Assembly: GCF_964213995.1 (NCBI RefSeq)
Contig: NC_135804.1
Coordinates: forward strand, 59,148,001-59,212,000
Length of the DNA: 64,000 nucleotides
Reading direction: 5' to 3'
Origin: Mustelus asterias
Lineage: Eukaryota
Under the pieces are notes generated by a model. That model worked only from the letters and a program-made list of their open reading frames with translations, ran no database searches and was not told where the DNA came from. Position 1 is the stretch's first letter, and every line of letters starts with the position of its first letter. Below, piece after piece: positions 38,560 through 49,877 of this stretch. A program made the translations under genes and the position numbers.

Positions 38560-41176
38560 ATGACGAAAATGTTTTTTCTGTGCCTGATCCTCCAAGGGAT
38601 TAATCACACAGGTAGCAATTTATTCATTTCCCCAGTTGCTTAAATTGATAATTAGCTCTGAAGTATTTCTATGTCAATTTAGCGAACCTTATTTCCTCTG
38701 TCTAGATTATGTTGTGAGCCTTTCACTTTTATGTTGTATCCAATTCAATTGACGTGTGTTTGTCTTAATTTCTGACAGCTGCGGACCACACTTCGTTCAG
38801 TGTGTCTCAAGCACCAGAAGAAACGACTGTATCCAAAGGGGGAAACATCACCTTCTACTGCATATTCCCCATTTTTCAATCCCAAGCCTGGATACGGGTG
38901 TTATGGTGGAAACATGGTGAGAATGAATTCCTGCATTCAAGCCCAGACAAGAGAAAAAGGTTTGGTATGGAAAGTAAAGTGAACGGTTTCTTTCGCTTAC
39001 TAAATGTGACAGTGCAAGACTCTGGAATCTATCACTGTACGGTGATCCGTCAGGGAGTAGGTCGAGGAAATGGAACCGGATCACATCTAATTGTGCATGG
39101 TAAATGTCAAATATACTTGTCAAATATACACAGCATCTTTTGACTGTTTCACCGATCCATTTTTGTCAGTGTTAACATGATTAGTAACACAAGCAATAGT
39201 GCTCTCTCTATATAATTGTTATTTAGACATGCAATGCCACGCGCAGAGTACTGCGAAATGAATCAATATTATTGAATTTGACAACAACTATGAAGGCAAC
39301 CTATGCGCCAACTGAATGACCGTGAAAACTCACAGCAGTTTCCAAACATATAACTGAATGAAAATCATTTATAATAAAACGCATCATTCAATCAGTACAT
39401 TGATCTTGCTCATTTGAGACACGCACCACCCTGAACATCATTTATGTTAAAATTGATCTCCCAATAAGTACACCATTCTTGTTAACTTCAGATTCTTTTT
39501 CTGCCTCTATCCCTGTCCTGGCGACTTAATATTCCTGAAATCCTGAGATTTGGATGAGGTTCGTATACAATAGGTAGAAATTTAAAAAGTCAGGAGGCCG
39601 CGTTTTTGAATTGTACTATTATAAGAAAATGAAACGAATGTATATCAGAATCAAACTTAATTTATCCAAATCGAGCACATTACTCGACTTTGTTCATTCT
39701 GTGTTCCGCAGCGGCCCCAACCCCATTGAATCTTGTCTCCAGGGCATCTGAAGGGAATTTATCTGCGCCTTTGACTCTAGTCTGTGAAACGGCAGAGTTT
39801 TATCCGGAAAATTTCACGCTCACTTGGTATAAAAATGGACTCGAAACTACATTTGGAATACACACCAGTAAAGTGCAAAACAGAGAGGGACTATATGAAG
39901 TTTCCAGCTCTTTGGTTGAAACGCAGCCTGTCCCGAGCGACGCCAATTATACGTGTTTGGTATCTCATGTCTCCCTCAAGACTCCGGCGGTTGTCATCTA
40001 CACTCGTTCTAAATCTAGCCAAGGTACGACGACAGGAATCCAAAAAGGGATTAAATAATTATTGAATTCGTAAAGGGATATAATGGACAGTTTGCACATA
40101 AAGATACTCATGGCGATAGTTCACGACATTTCATGGGAAATATAAATGAAAATATTAGATTTAATTGAGTAATATACTTCAACCTAATGTTATGTTATAA
40201 CATCAGCTGCACACATGTTCTCAGTTAAGCCTTATTGTTGATAATTGCCACTATTGTATGTATAACGTATACTAGAACATACGAAATCGAAATCGGAGTT
40301 CATCATAGGGCCCGTCGAATCTGCGTGGCCATTCGATAAGATAATTACTGACTTTCTACATCAACTCTACTTTCCAGTCCGATCCCCTAACGATTGCAAC
40401 TTTGTATATACTCAGTGACTCAGCATTCACAGCCTTCTGAGGTACTGAATTCCTAAGATTTGAAACTCTTGAATGAAGAATTCTCTCCTAACCGCAGCCT
40501 GAGATGACCAAACCCTTATCTTGTGACTTTGATCCAAAGTACTAGAGTTCCAGCCAGAGATAGCAGTTTGCTGATCTAATTTATGGAAAGAAATACATTT
40601 TTTCCCGTTCTGTATTATAGTTCCTGGGAACACTATTAGATTAACCAATGAACTGTTCGTCAGCCTCTTTGCAAAACACTCGCCACTGTGTAACATATAT
40701 TTATGCTCTTATTAATTTTGCAGATTATGTCGGTATGTCCCTTTACTACTCGTGTTTCAGATACGTGGTGGGTGTATTGGCGCTTGTACTACTCCTGATC
40801 ATCACTAGGGCGCACTGCCAAATACCGATTAAGAATGGTAAGCGTTTGATTTTAATACAAAACGTCAGATACCGAGCGTCGAGAGAGTGAGAGTCAGTAC
40901 TACATGGAGAGAGGATTTTATTGAAGTCGGAATTTTCTATTCAGAGCAAACCACTGATTGCCCCAAACAGCTCGGCACAGCATCGTGGGCCGAAAGGCCT
41001 GTTCTGTGCTGTACTGTTCTATGTTCTATAGTGACCAATTCTTCACGTCAAAACACGGTAATTATTGTAAAACCATACCACAAATGGATCTGATTAACTG
41101 TATATCTGTCACTGACATTTTTCACTTTGCAGCAACTGCTGAATTAAATATGTCGTTTCGCACAGTTTCCAACTAG
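38560..41176 (+). CDS. V-C1 immunoglobulin-superfamily membrane receptor, gene 1 (NKp30-like VJ-type V + C1 + TM with Arg). Exons 38560-38611, 38779-39099, 39712-40023, 40724-40837, 41133-41176; 280 aa
   Basis: Leader MTKMFFLCLILQGINHT. V domain VSQ.P..ITFYC..VLWWK..QDSGIYHC..GNGTGSHLIV. C1 domain LTLVCETAEFYPENFTLTWYKNG..EGLYEVSSSL..YTCLVSHVSL. TM exon ..YYSCFRYVVGVLALVLLLIITR. Tail ATAELNMSFRTVSN*. All introns are GT-AG phase 1 and the exon lengths sum to 843 nt. Confidence 0.88.
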
Positions 41177-42388
41177 TCTGTAGTGAGACTGCAGTTAGTT
41201 TGTGTGGAGCCTTGTATCGTTCAGACCTGAAATGGTTGCAGGTCATTGCTGCCCTGCACAGGAGTTGGCATTTCGGACAGTCGCGAAATCTGAATTGGAA
41301 AAACATGTTCTATTTTGGTACCTTCTCGAGTAAGGAGTTTGCAACAATTGACAATCGAACTAAGTGAGTACTTTAAAAAACCTCCTCATGACTAAATTTC
41401 AGTCATTCACGTGGCAAAAGCGTAAGGAGGACAGCAGCGCTGCCAAGAACCTGCACGTTCATTTGCGCATCTCCGGAAAGGTTTGAAATGAGAAAATAAG
41501 GATTGCATAATGAGCAATTTATTTATTGTTGGAAGTATTTGTCTCGCAAGAAATACTTAACACCAGGAGCTCGGGAATGAAACTGTTTTTGCGAAAACAA
41601 AATCAGGCGTGGCGTTGATGGTTCGCTCTTGTCCCTTTCGCGAGATCGCAGAAGACCAATTTGTCCCCGCCATCCAGTGTTTACTGTTCTAAATAGATAC
41701 GGAGCAGAAAGCAAAACTGATGGTTTTGTTGAAATCTAAAGAGGTAATCATTTTTGTAGCTTTACCTATATTTGGAAAAAAAAGTTAGCGAATCTGTATT
41801 CAAGCAGAGCAGGAACTTTAAGGATTTCAGTAACTTGGTGTGGCGAGCGCTTTGACATTTTTTAATTTAAATTCTAATTATAAATTTTAATTATAATTAC
41901 GACTTGCAATAACCGGTATTCAGATTTGCAGTTATTTGAAATTATTCAGCATGGCTTCTGTGCTTTATCTCTAGCCATTCTGCTTAATGTTTCACCAGTA
42001 GTATGTAAAATGATGCAGGGAAGTGAAATAGGCATATTTAAATATTTTTCCGGTCCATGTAAGAAACACAGGTTGAAATCGCCAATATGTTGCAGCACAT
42101 TTAAGTAGAACCATGTACACTCCAAAACTTATAATTGAATCGGAGAGGCCCGTGCACCCTCAGGCGGTGCTGAGATCAGACCGACAGCGATTATCACAGG
42201 ACTATGTGTTACCATAATATTCCCGTGATAACGAATAATAAATACAAGGTTGGTTGTTTCCTGTCGTGTATTGCAGCTCCGGTTCTGTGCATTTTTTTCT
42301 TCCTCATGAATGATTTGTGTAGAAGCCAATAAAACTGGAAAGAACACCAATTAATAATCTTTCCAAACATTAATTTTCAGACCAAACA

Positions 42389-43069
42389 AGTTATCATCAT
42401 GGATAAGGTCAATAAAATATGTTATTAGAGCTTGCTTATTTCAATCAAGCATTATTATTTTTCGTGCGTAAAATTGCAAAACCTGGTTTTTGACCTGCGT
42501 GTTTCGTATTTTGACGTCTAGAGTTGATGTTTCTTTTGAAATGGAGTCTGCAATATATTTGCTGGCCCACAGAAGCCTCAGAACACAGGAGCCTTCGCGG
42601 GTTAGAACTGTCAAACTCCAAAAGAAAACAAATGAAGAAGATTAAATGTAACAAGTGAGAAAAGAGTAGCTTATGACATTATTATGTAACTGAATATAAA
42701 ATGTAAGTGTTTGCTTTTGCTTAACGATTTGTGGAAATTTATTTGCTTTTGCTTAACGATTTGTGGAAATTTACTTGAATTGCCTATAATAGTTATTTGA
42801 TTGCCTTGATTGCCTTGTGTAGTTTGACGAATCGGTGGCACTGAATGGATGAATACACTGACTGTTGAGTTATCATCATGTATAAGGTCAATAAAATATA
42901 TGTTATTAGATCTTGCTTATTTCAATCAAGCATTATTAATTTTCGTGCGTAAAATTGCAAAACCTGGTTTTTGATCTGCGTGTGTCGTATTTTGACGTCT
43001 AGAGTTGATGATTCTTTTGAAATGGACTCTGCAATATATTTGCTGGCCCACAGAAGCCTCAGAACACAG
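42389..43069. repeat. Direct repeat pair of about 200 bp (42389-42588 and 42868-43069) with an internal short tandem duplication (about 42710-42772)
   Basis: The two copies read nearly identically from agttatcatcat to agaagcctcagaacacag. tttgcttttgcttaacgatttgtggaaattta occurs twice between them. Confidence 0.9.
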
Positions 43070-43953
43070 TTTGCATCTGATAAAACAGGAGGTGCATTTC
43101 TCTAAGTTCCCTGTGACTATCCATTTCCATTCGATATGATACGTCCAGAAAATTACAGGTCACTGGCAAACGAAATACCTTAATTGTGCTTATTGGGGGT
43201 TGTCTTCAGAACGAAAGCAATTTTAAGAGCTTCTACGTCCAGCAATACTAATTTTAAAAATACTTTTCCAATTCAATCGAATCAAGTTGAGTCGGTGTAT
43301 AGTGCTGAGTATAGGTGTGAACAATAATCGTGCAGAGTTGAAAACCTTTTTCGTATTGGAGATTAAGTCCTATTTTAGTGTGGCTATATCATCAGATGAC
43401 AGAAAGCTCGTAATTATCGTGGTTGAACGATGAATTATTTAGGAAGTATCTCACTTAAATTGCAGAGTTGGAACATTGCGCAGTTAGTTATTGGAAGAAA
43501 CGCAGCCCATCGTTTCTAATGACACAAGTGTAACTCTGATTTTAGAGCTAATACAACGCAAAGTGATTGGGTGTTGTTCTCACTGTTTCTTTGACAACTG
43601 TTTGCGTTAACACACATTAGGATCCTAGAATTTTACAGTAAGAGATTCAGGCTGGGCTGTTCTTATAGTCTGTACTCTACAATGGCTCTGCATGAACCAT
43701 TCAGTTTCCAATCAAATAATTCATTTCGAAAAGGATTCTTGGCTGTGATTCTACATTTTGTGGCAAAGAGCATCTATTATTCCCGAACCAACTTCCCGGA
43801 AAGAATATTTTGTTTCGCATCCATCTTTATATTTCCAGATTATGTTAACGTTCTCCTCATGATGTGGAGATGCCGGCGTTGGACTGGGGTAAACACAATA
43901 AGAGTTTTAACAACACCAGGTTAAAATCCAACAGGTTTATGTGGTAGCAAATG

Positions 43954-43990
43954 CCATTAGCTTTCGGAGCGCTGCTCCTTCGTCAGATGG
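43954..43990 (-). ncRNA. Minimal type I hammerhead ribozyme
   Basis: Reverse complement reads ccat-CTGACGA-a-GGAGC agc GCTCC-GAAA-GCTA-atgg. Confidence 0.8.
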
Positions 43991-44128
43991 AGTGGAAATC
44001 TGCTCTCAAACAGGACACAGAGACACAAAATCAAGTTACAGAATACTGATTAGAATGATTAGATTCTAATCAGTATTCTGTAACTTGATTTTGTGTCTCT
44101 GTGCCCTGTTTGAGAGCAGATTTCCACT

Positions 44129-44165
44129 CCATCTGACGAAGGAGCAGCGCTCCGAAAGCTAATGA
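44129..44165 (+). ncRNA. Minimal type I hammerhead ribozyme
   Basis: ccat-CTGACGA-a-GGAGC agc GCTCC-GAAA-GCTA-atga. Confidence 0.75.
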
Positions 44166-45229
44166 CATTTGCTACCAAATAAACCTGTTGGACTTTAACC
44201 TGGTGTTGTTAAAACTCTTACAACATTCTCCTCAGCAGTGGAAATATTCCGCTACTATTCGCTTTTCATGACGCCTCAGAGGCTTGAAAACTTATCAAGT
44301 CACTGATCAATCCCTAGAGCGTCGGTGATGGGAATGGGGGCGGGGTAGGGGGGTGCACTGTTCCCACATAATTACATTCCATGTTTTGCCATTTGGATGG
44401 CCCCTTTTAATTTGTTCTTGCCATCTTCCACAATTTTATGCAAGTTCTTACATCTGCTGAATATTACTTCCGTGTCATTTTTCGCGATGCCTCCAAATAC
44501 TAAATCAAGGCCATTCCTTTTCACTTTTATTACGTGATAAGTTGACGTTGCCACCATTCATTCAGGTCACTCTGCCCTTTGGCACTATTACTATTCCTAC
44601 TATTTAAAATGCATTTAATGCTCTTATTTTACACGGCCAAACGCAGTATTTCCTCGTTCTCTGAATGCTGTATCAAGCAGCTCTCTGCCCTTGGAACAGC
44701 CAATGCCGTCTGCAGCATTTCATCATCTGTTCCAGAATTGCTTCAGAAACTCTCCATGATGTTTCAACTGCAGATTATGAAGACGCTGCCTCAATTTCCT
44801 GAAGAAGGTCATTGATCTTTGTAGTAAACAAAAGCAGTCAAGTACGGCATCTGTAATACATGTTTCGACACATCTTGTCATTCCGAGAAGCCTTATTTAT
44901 CCTTACATTTTACTTTGTCTCTTTCAACCATCTTCGTATCCGTTGGGCATATTGTTCTTGCTGCAATGTATCCATACCGTCATTGGTAATGGAAAATACA
45001 CATAAGCTGCATCTACTGCATTTCATTGATCTACTCCTTCTGTTATTTTACAGAGAATTTTGTAAGGCTTTGTATAAATTTGTGCTGACTAGGCTTGGTT
45101 AATTACGTTTCTTTATGAAATAAGTAGTTTACTGCTGGTGGACAGAGGCCTGGCGTGATGTAAATAAATGGGACAATGTTAACAGTCACTAAGCAAAATG
45201 CATTAAAAGTCAGGTCGACTTCTGAAATT

Positions 45230-46390
45230 CAAAGGGTTTTAAACTAACTTGCTAGAGTTTTTTTTCCTGGTAACAGTGAGCTAAGATAAGGGCAATACTG
45301 TTGTTGTGGTGTACATAAGACATTCAAAAGGAACTTGACGTGTCAAGGTAATGGAATAAAAGCGAGAGTGGCACAGTGGATACGAAATTAACGAAACGAC
45401 AGGAAAAGTTGCATTGGGTGGTTGTTTATCGTACAGGAGGAAGGTTTATAAAGGAGTTCCCTACAATTGATGGGGGACCCCTGCACTGCCTAATATATCT
45501 CATATGTCATAAACCTGGGTGCATAGGGCGCAATTATAAAATTGGGAATGGCGCAGAACTTTGAATTATTTTGAAATGAGGAGGGTAGTGTTACACTTCC
45601 AGAGGACTTCGACAGGCCTGAATAAATGGGAAGGTAAATAGCATTTGGAATTTAATGCAGAAAAGTGTGAAGCCTTGCACTCTGCTACGAGGAGATGCAT
45701 TATGAAATAAAGGCATAGGAGCAGATGTGGAAGGCGTACATGTGCACAAATCCTTGAATGTAATTCAGGAAGTGGTTAATAAAGCGTACAGGATATTGGG
45801 TTTTATAAATAGGTATCTAGGTAAGGAGGCAATAATAAATCTGTACTGTAAATCCGAATGAAACACTAGTTCGGTCTCAACTGGAATATTGTGCAAAGTT
45901 CTGGGCACCGTCCTTAAGGAAGGATATGAAAACATTAAACATGACGTAGAGAAGGGAATGTTTCCAAGGACGAGGAACTTCAATTAAGATTGGAGAAGCC
46001 GGAACTGTTCTCCTTGAAGGTGAGAAGATAAATAGATGATTTGACAGCAGTGTTCAATTTCTTGAGCAGTCTGGACAGAATAGATAGTGAGACAATATTT
46101 CCCGTGACAGAAGGATCTCGATTCTGCTGATTGACGACCGATTTACTGCAGCAGGCAAAATAAGCAACTGCAACATGCGATTTTTTTCGAAAACAGGAAA
46201 CGGTTATAATGTGCTGGAGAGTGTGTTGGGGGCAGATTCAATCGAAACATTCAAACGAAAATTGGATAATTATCTGAAAATATAAAAATATGGTATGGGG
46301 AAAATGAAACTAGATTATTTAGTCTTGTGCGGAGTCGACACGGACAGGATTTGTTTCTGTGCAGAAACCATTCTCTGATTCTCTGATAAG
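45230..46390 (+). mobile_element. Old decayed CR1 RT fragment
   Basis: Remnants such as ctggaatattgtgcaaagttctgggcacc (LEYC..FW) and a gattctctgattct tail. Confidence 0.6.
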
Positions 46391-47104
46391 TCAAGCCATT
46401 ATTTTAATTCACCTATAGTTGTAAGTATTGCTGGGACGCACAGGCGACTTCTCATGGAACAAAAAGCTGAAGACAATTAATTTGGTCGCTTTACAATGAT
46501 TAGCTACAGATCACGCTGAGTTCTAACACCTAGGAAAAAGTAGCACTGTCCTCTCAGGGTACTGGAGCAGAATCTCAAGTCCTTAAGAAGGCAGAGTAGA
46601 CCCCGACGACTTATATATTTAGCATACATGTGAGGAGAGGATATTTCTCTCCATGAATGATTCCACTGACAAAGTATGGGTCTTTTATCGTAAAATAAAC
46701 TTTATTTAAGAACGCAATTTAAATATAACTCTAATAAATGAAGGAACTTAACCATTAACAGTCGAGCAATATTTAAAAATCAAAGGAAGCAACTTTTCTT
46801 TCTAGCTTATCAATGTTCCCGTTTCAAAAAAGCTCCATTCATGGATTGATCAACACCACTTTTAATCAATATTATTAACAAACCCAGGGATACTGGCTAT
46901 AAATTGTGTTAACAGTCTTGAAGATTTTAATGAGACTTTGTGGAGAGAGTTCTCAAGAATGGCCTGCACATGCCTCTGACTTTAGCAGCCATCCAATTAA
47001 CAATTGCAAAAGCTTCTTTCTTGCTGCCATAGACGCAGTTCTGAACTTGAACCACACTTTAATTTGACCCTGTCAATCAACTTCCTAAGAAATATTTTCA
47101 AAGA

Positions 47105-47395
47105 GTAGAATCCCTACAGTGCAGGATGGGGCTATTCGGCTCAGCGACCCTGTACCGGCAACAATCCCACCCAAACCCTAACCCTGTTACCCCGTGCATT
47201 TAATCTGATAGCCTCCCTGACACTAAGTAGGAATTTAGCATGGCCAACTAATCTAATCTGCACATCTTTGGACTGTGGGAGGAAATTGGAGCACCTGGAG
47301 TGGACCCAAGCAGACTGCAACCCGAGGCCAGAATTGAACCCAGGTCCCTGGCACTGTGAGGCAGCAGTGCTAGTGATTGTGCCACCATGCTGTCC
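47105..47395 (-). mobile_element. HE1-type SINE
   Basis: Reverse complement of the tRNA head and V-domain, with a gattct tail. Confidence 0.8.
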
Positions 47396-48195
47396 ATGTT
47401 TTGTGCAAACAAAAGTCCATTAGCTCTATCAAAGTAACTAATTCCTAGCTGAAATGCGTAATTAACTTGTTATTGCCAACCTGAAGCTAAATGTTTACCA
47501 GGCACACCGACTGTCTGTAGAATAGAACTGAAATTTCAAACATTATATAGAAACACAAAAATTGAACATTATTTATATCATTAGCTACTACCTAGTATCA
47601 TGAGACCTTACCCTTAAATAGAAAAACAAGAATATGAAAAGATGGCTTCATTTTTCTAAAGCCTTTATTATTTTCACACTATTCGTACTCAATAAGATAT
47701 ACATCTTATGGCATATAAGCATGGAAATTTAAACAGTATTATAGTCCAGTTCAGTCTCTCTTTTCCAACACGGAATATTCTATCCTTTTAGCAAATCATA
47801 GACGTGATAACACATCTGCAATCACATTCTCTCTTCCTGTCATACCTGTAATGTTCAAATTAAATGTCTGTAACAATAAGCTCCACCTAAACAGTCTTGC
47901 ACTTTCATCTTTAAACTTCTCCAGAAGCTTCAATATATTATGGTCAGTGTAAATAATTATGTTTGATGAACTGCTGGCAACATAAATATTAAAATGTTGC
48001 AATGCCAATGCAAAATTCAAGGCCTCCTTCTCCATGATCGAATATCTGTTTTGATGAACATTTCGCTGTTTGGAAAAATAACCAATAGGTCTCTTCATCA
48101 TTTCATGGTCTTCTTGTAACAGTACAGCACCAATACCCACATCACGTGCATCAATGACCACTTTGAATTGCATAATTCGGCGAGATGATTAAGAG

Positions 48196-48516
48196 TAGAA
48201 TGGAATAGAATCCCTACACTGCAGAAGGAGGCCATTCGGCCTATCGAGTCTTCACGGACCACAATCCCACTCAGGCTCTTTCCCCGTAACCCCACACATT
48301 TACCCCGCTAGTCTCCCTGACACTAGAGTCAATTTAACATGGCCAATCCACCTAACGCGCACATTTTTGGAGTGTGGGAGGAAACCGGAGCACGCCAAGG
48401 AAACACACGGGGAGAATGTGCAAACTCCATACAGACAGTTACCCGAGGCCGGAATTGAACCAGGGTCTCTGGCGTGGTGAGGCAGCAGTGCTTACCACTA
48501 TGCCACCGTGCCGCCC
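48196..48516 (-). mobile_element. HE1-type SINE
   Basis: ggcggcacggtggcatagtggtaagcactgc head on the minus strand, plus V-domain. Confidence 0.85.
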
Positions 48517-49259
48517 ACAGTTGGCTACCACAGTTTTCGGATTATCAATTGCCTCCTGACATTCAGAGGTCCACTGAAATTTCTTGTGCTTCTTCACAGT
48601 TCAGTCAGTGCCATAACCTGACTGCTAAAATTTCGCACGGATTTTCTCTAGAAACCACTGATGCACATTTCTCTTCCAGTTGACAGTTCCCAATAACTTA
48701 CTTTCCTTCTCATATTCCGTGGGGCCATCTGTCCATGTCCAATCATATGGTCGAAGAACGTGACATGGGCTTTGGCGCGCGCGCATTTTCGAGATCAAAG
48801 GAATATTTTACGAATGTTGAAGTTCTTCTAAACAGACATTAGGAAGTAATTGGAAACAGGGATGGGATATTTCACCAAGACTCCGAAGGGAAGAAATGCC
48901 ACGAAACTCAAGCGGGGGGACACAAATTTGAACAGATAGGTAATTCGGATGTCTTCAAGATTCAGTGAAAGTGGTTAGGTGAAGAAAAATGTGCTCACGT
49001 TATTTAGATAATGCGAAGCAAATTACATCTTATACTCAATCTTATAATCTCAAAATTCATTTCCGGAACATCGACTCCACTCGTTTCCTTGGCAAGTGCC
49101 TGTTGTTCATCAGATTTCTTGGAACTTAAGTGTTATGTTTGACTCCGAAGAATATTCTGACCATATATTCGCATCAACCCAGAATTATCCACGATCGCCT
49201 TTGCAACATTGCCCTCTAGAGTTGACTAGCCAGCCTCCCGCGCTGTACCCTATGTAAAC

Positions 49260-49418
49260 ACAGTAAGAAGTCTCACAACACCAGGTTAAAATCCAACAGG
49301 TTTATTTGGTAGCAAATTGGTATTTGCTACCAAATAAACCTGTTGGACTTTAACCTGGTGTTGTGAGATTTCTTACTGTGCTTACCCCAGTCCAACGCCG
49401 GCATCTCCACATCATGAC
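49260..49418. mobile_element. Short palindromic PLE pLTR insertion, 14-bp TSD
   Basis: Inverted arms. TSD taccctatgtaaac at 49246-49259 and 49419-49432. Confidence 0.85.
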
Positions 49419-49877
49419 TACCCTATGTAAACCCCAGGTTATCAACAGTCTGTCGCCCATTTTTTCCCTCTCATCAAGTTCCCTCATCCATTTACTCTCT
49501 GCTCGCTAATCTACATTTGCTCCCAACTAAGCAATTGCATTTTTCAAATCCTCAAGCTGCTTTTCATGACCTGTCCCCTTCCTCCTTCTGTAATCCTCTC
49601 CAGCCACAGAACAGGCGGAGGTCTCCGAACTCCTCTAATTCTGGCCTCTCCAACATCCCCAATTTTCACTGCTTAACCATTGGCAGCGTGCGTTCATCTG
49701 GCAAAAATCTCTAATTCCCCTCTGAACCCTTCTGCCTCCACTTCTTTTTCCTCCTTTTAGATACTTCTTTGATGAAGTTTTATCGCCCATGATATAGAAC
49801 ATAGAACATAGAACAGTACAGCACAGAACAGGCCCTTCGGCCCACGATGTTGTGCCGAGCTTTATCTGAAACCAAGA

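Larger units (their letters stand above)
43860..44221. mobile_element. Palindromic PLE pLTR pair with two hammerheads and a 13-bp TSD
   Basis: Arms are inverted about a centre near 44060. TSD aacgttctcctca (43847-43859) and aacattctcctca (44222-44234). Confidence 0.88.
46620..49150 (-). mobile_element. Decayed Gypsy/Ty3 LTR element (RNase H-like domain) with two nested SINEs
   Basis: ORF 47796-48173: DARDVGIGAVLLQ..PIGYFSK..YSIMEKEAL..ALQHF..YTDHN..RWSLLLQ..NVIADVLSR. Confidence 0.75.

Noticed and set aside
38560-41176. Assigning a gene symbol such as NCR3, SIRPA or IGL
   Set aside because: The domain layout (V + single C1 + TM) matches none exactly, and orthology needs a phylogeny.
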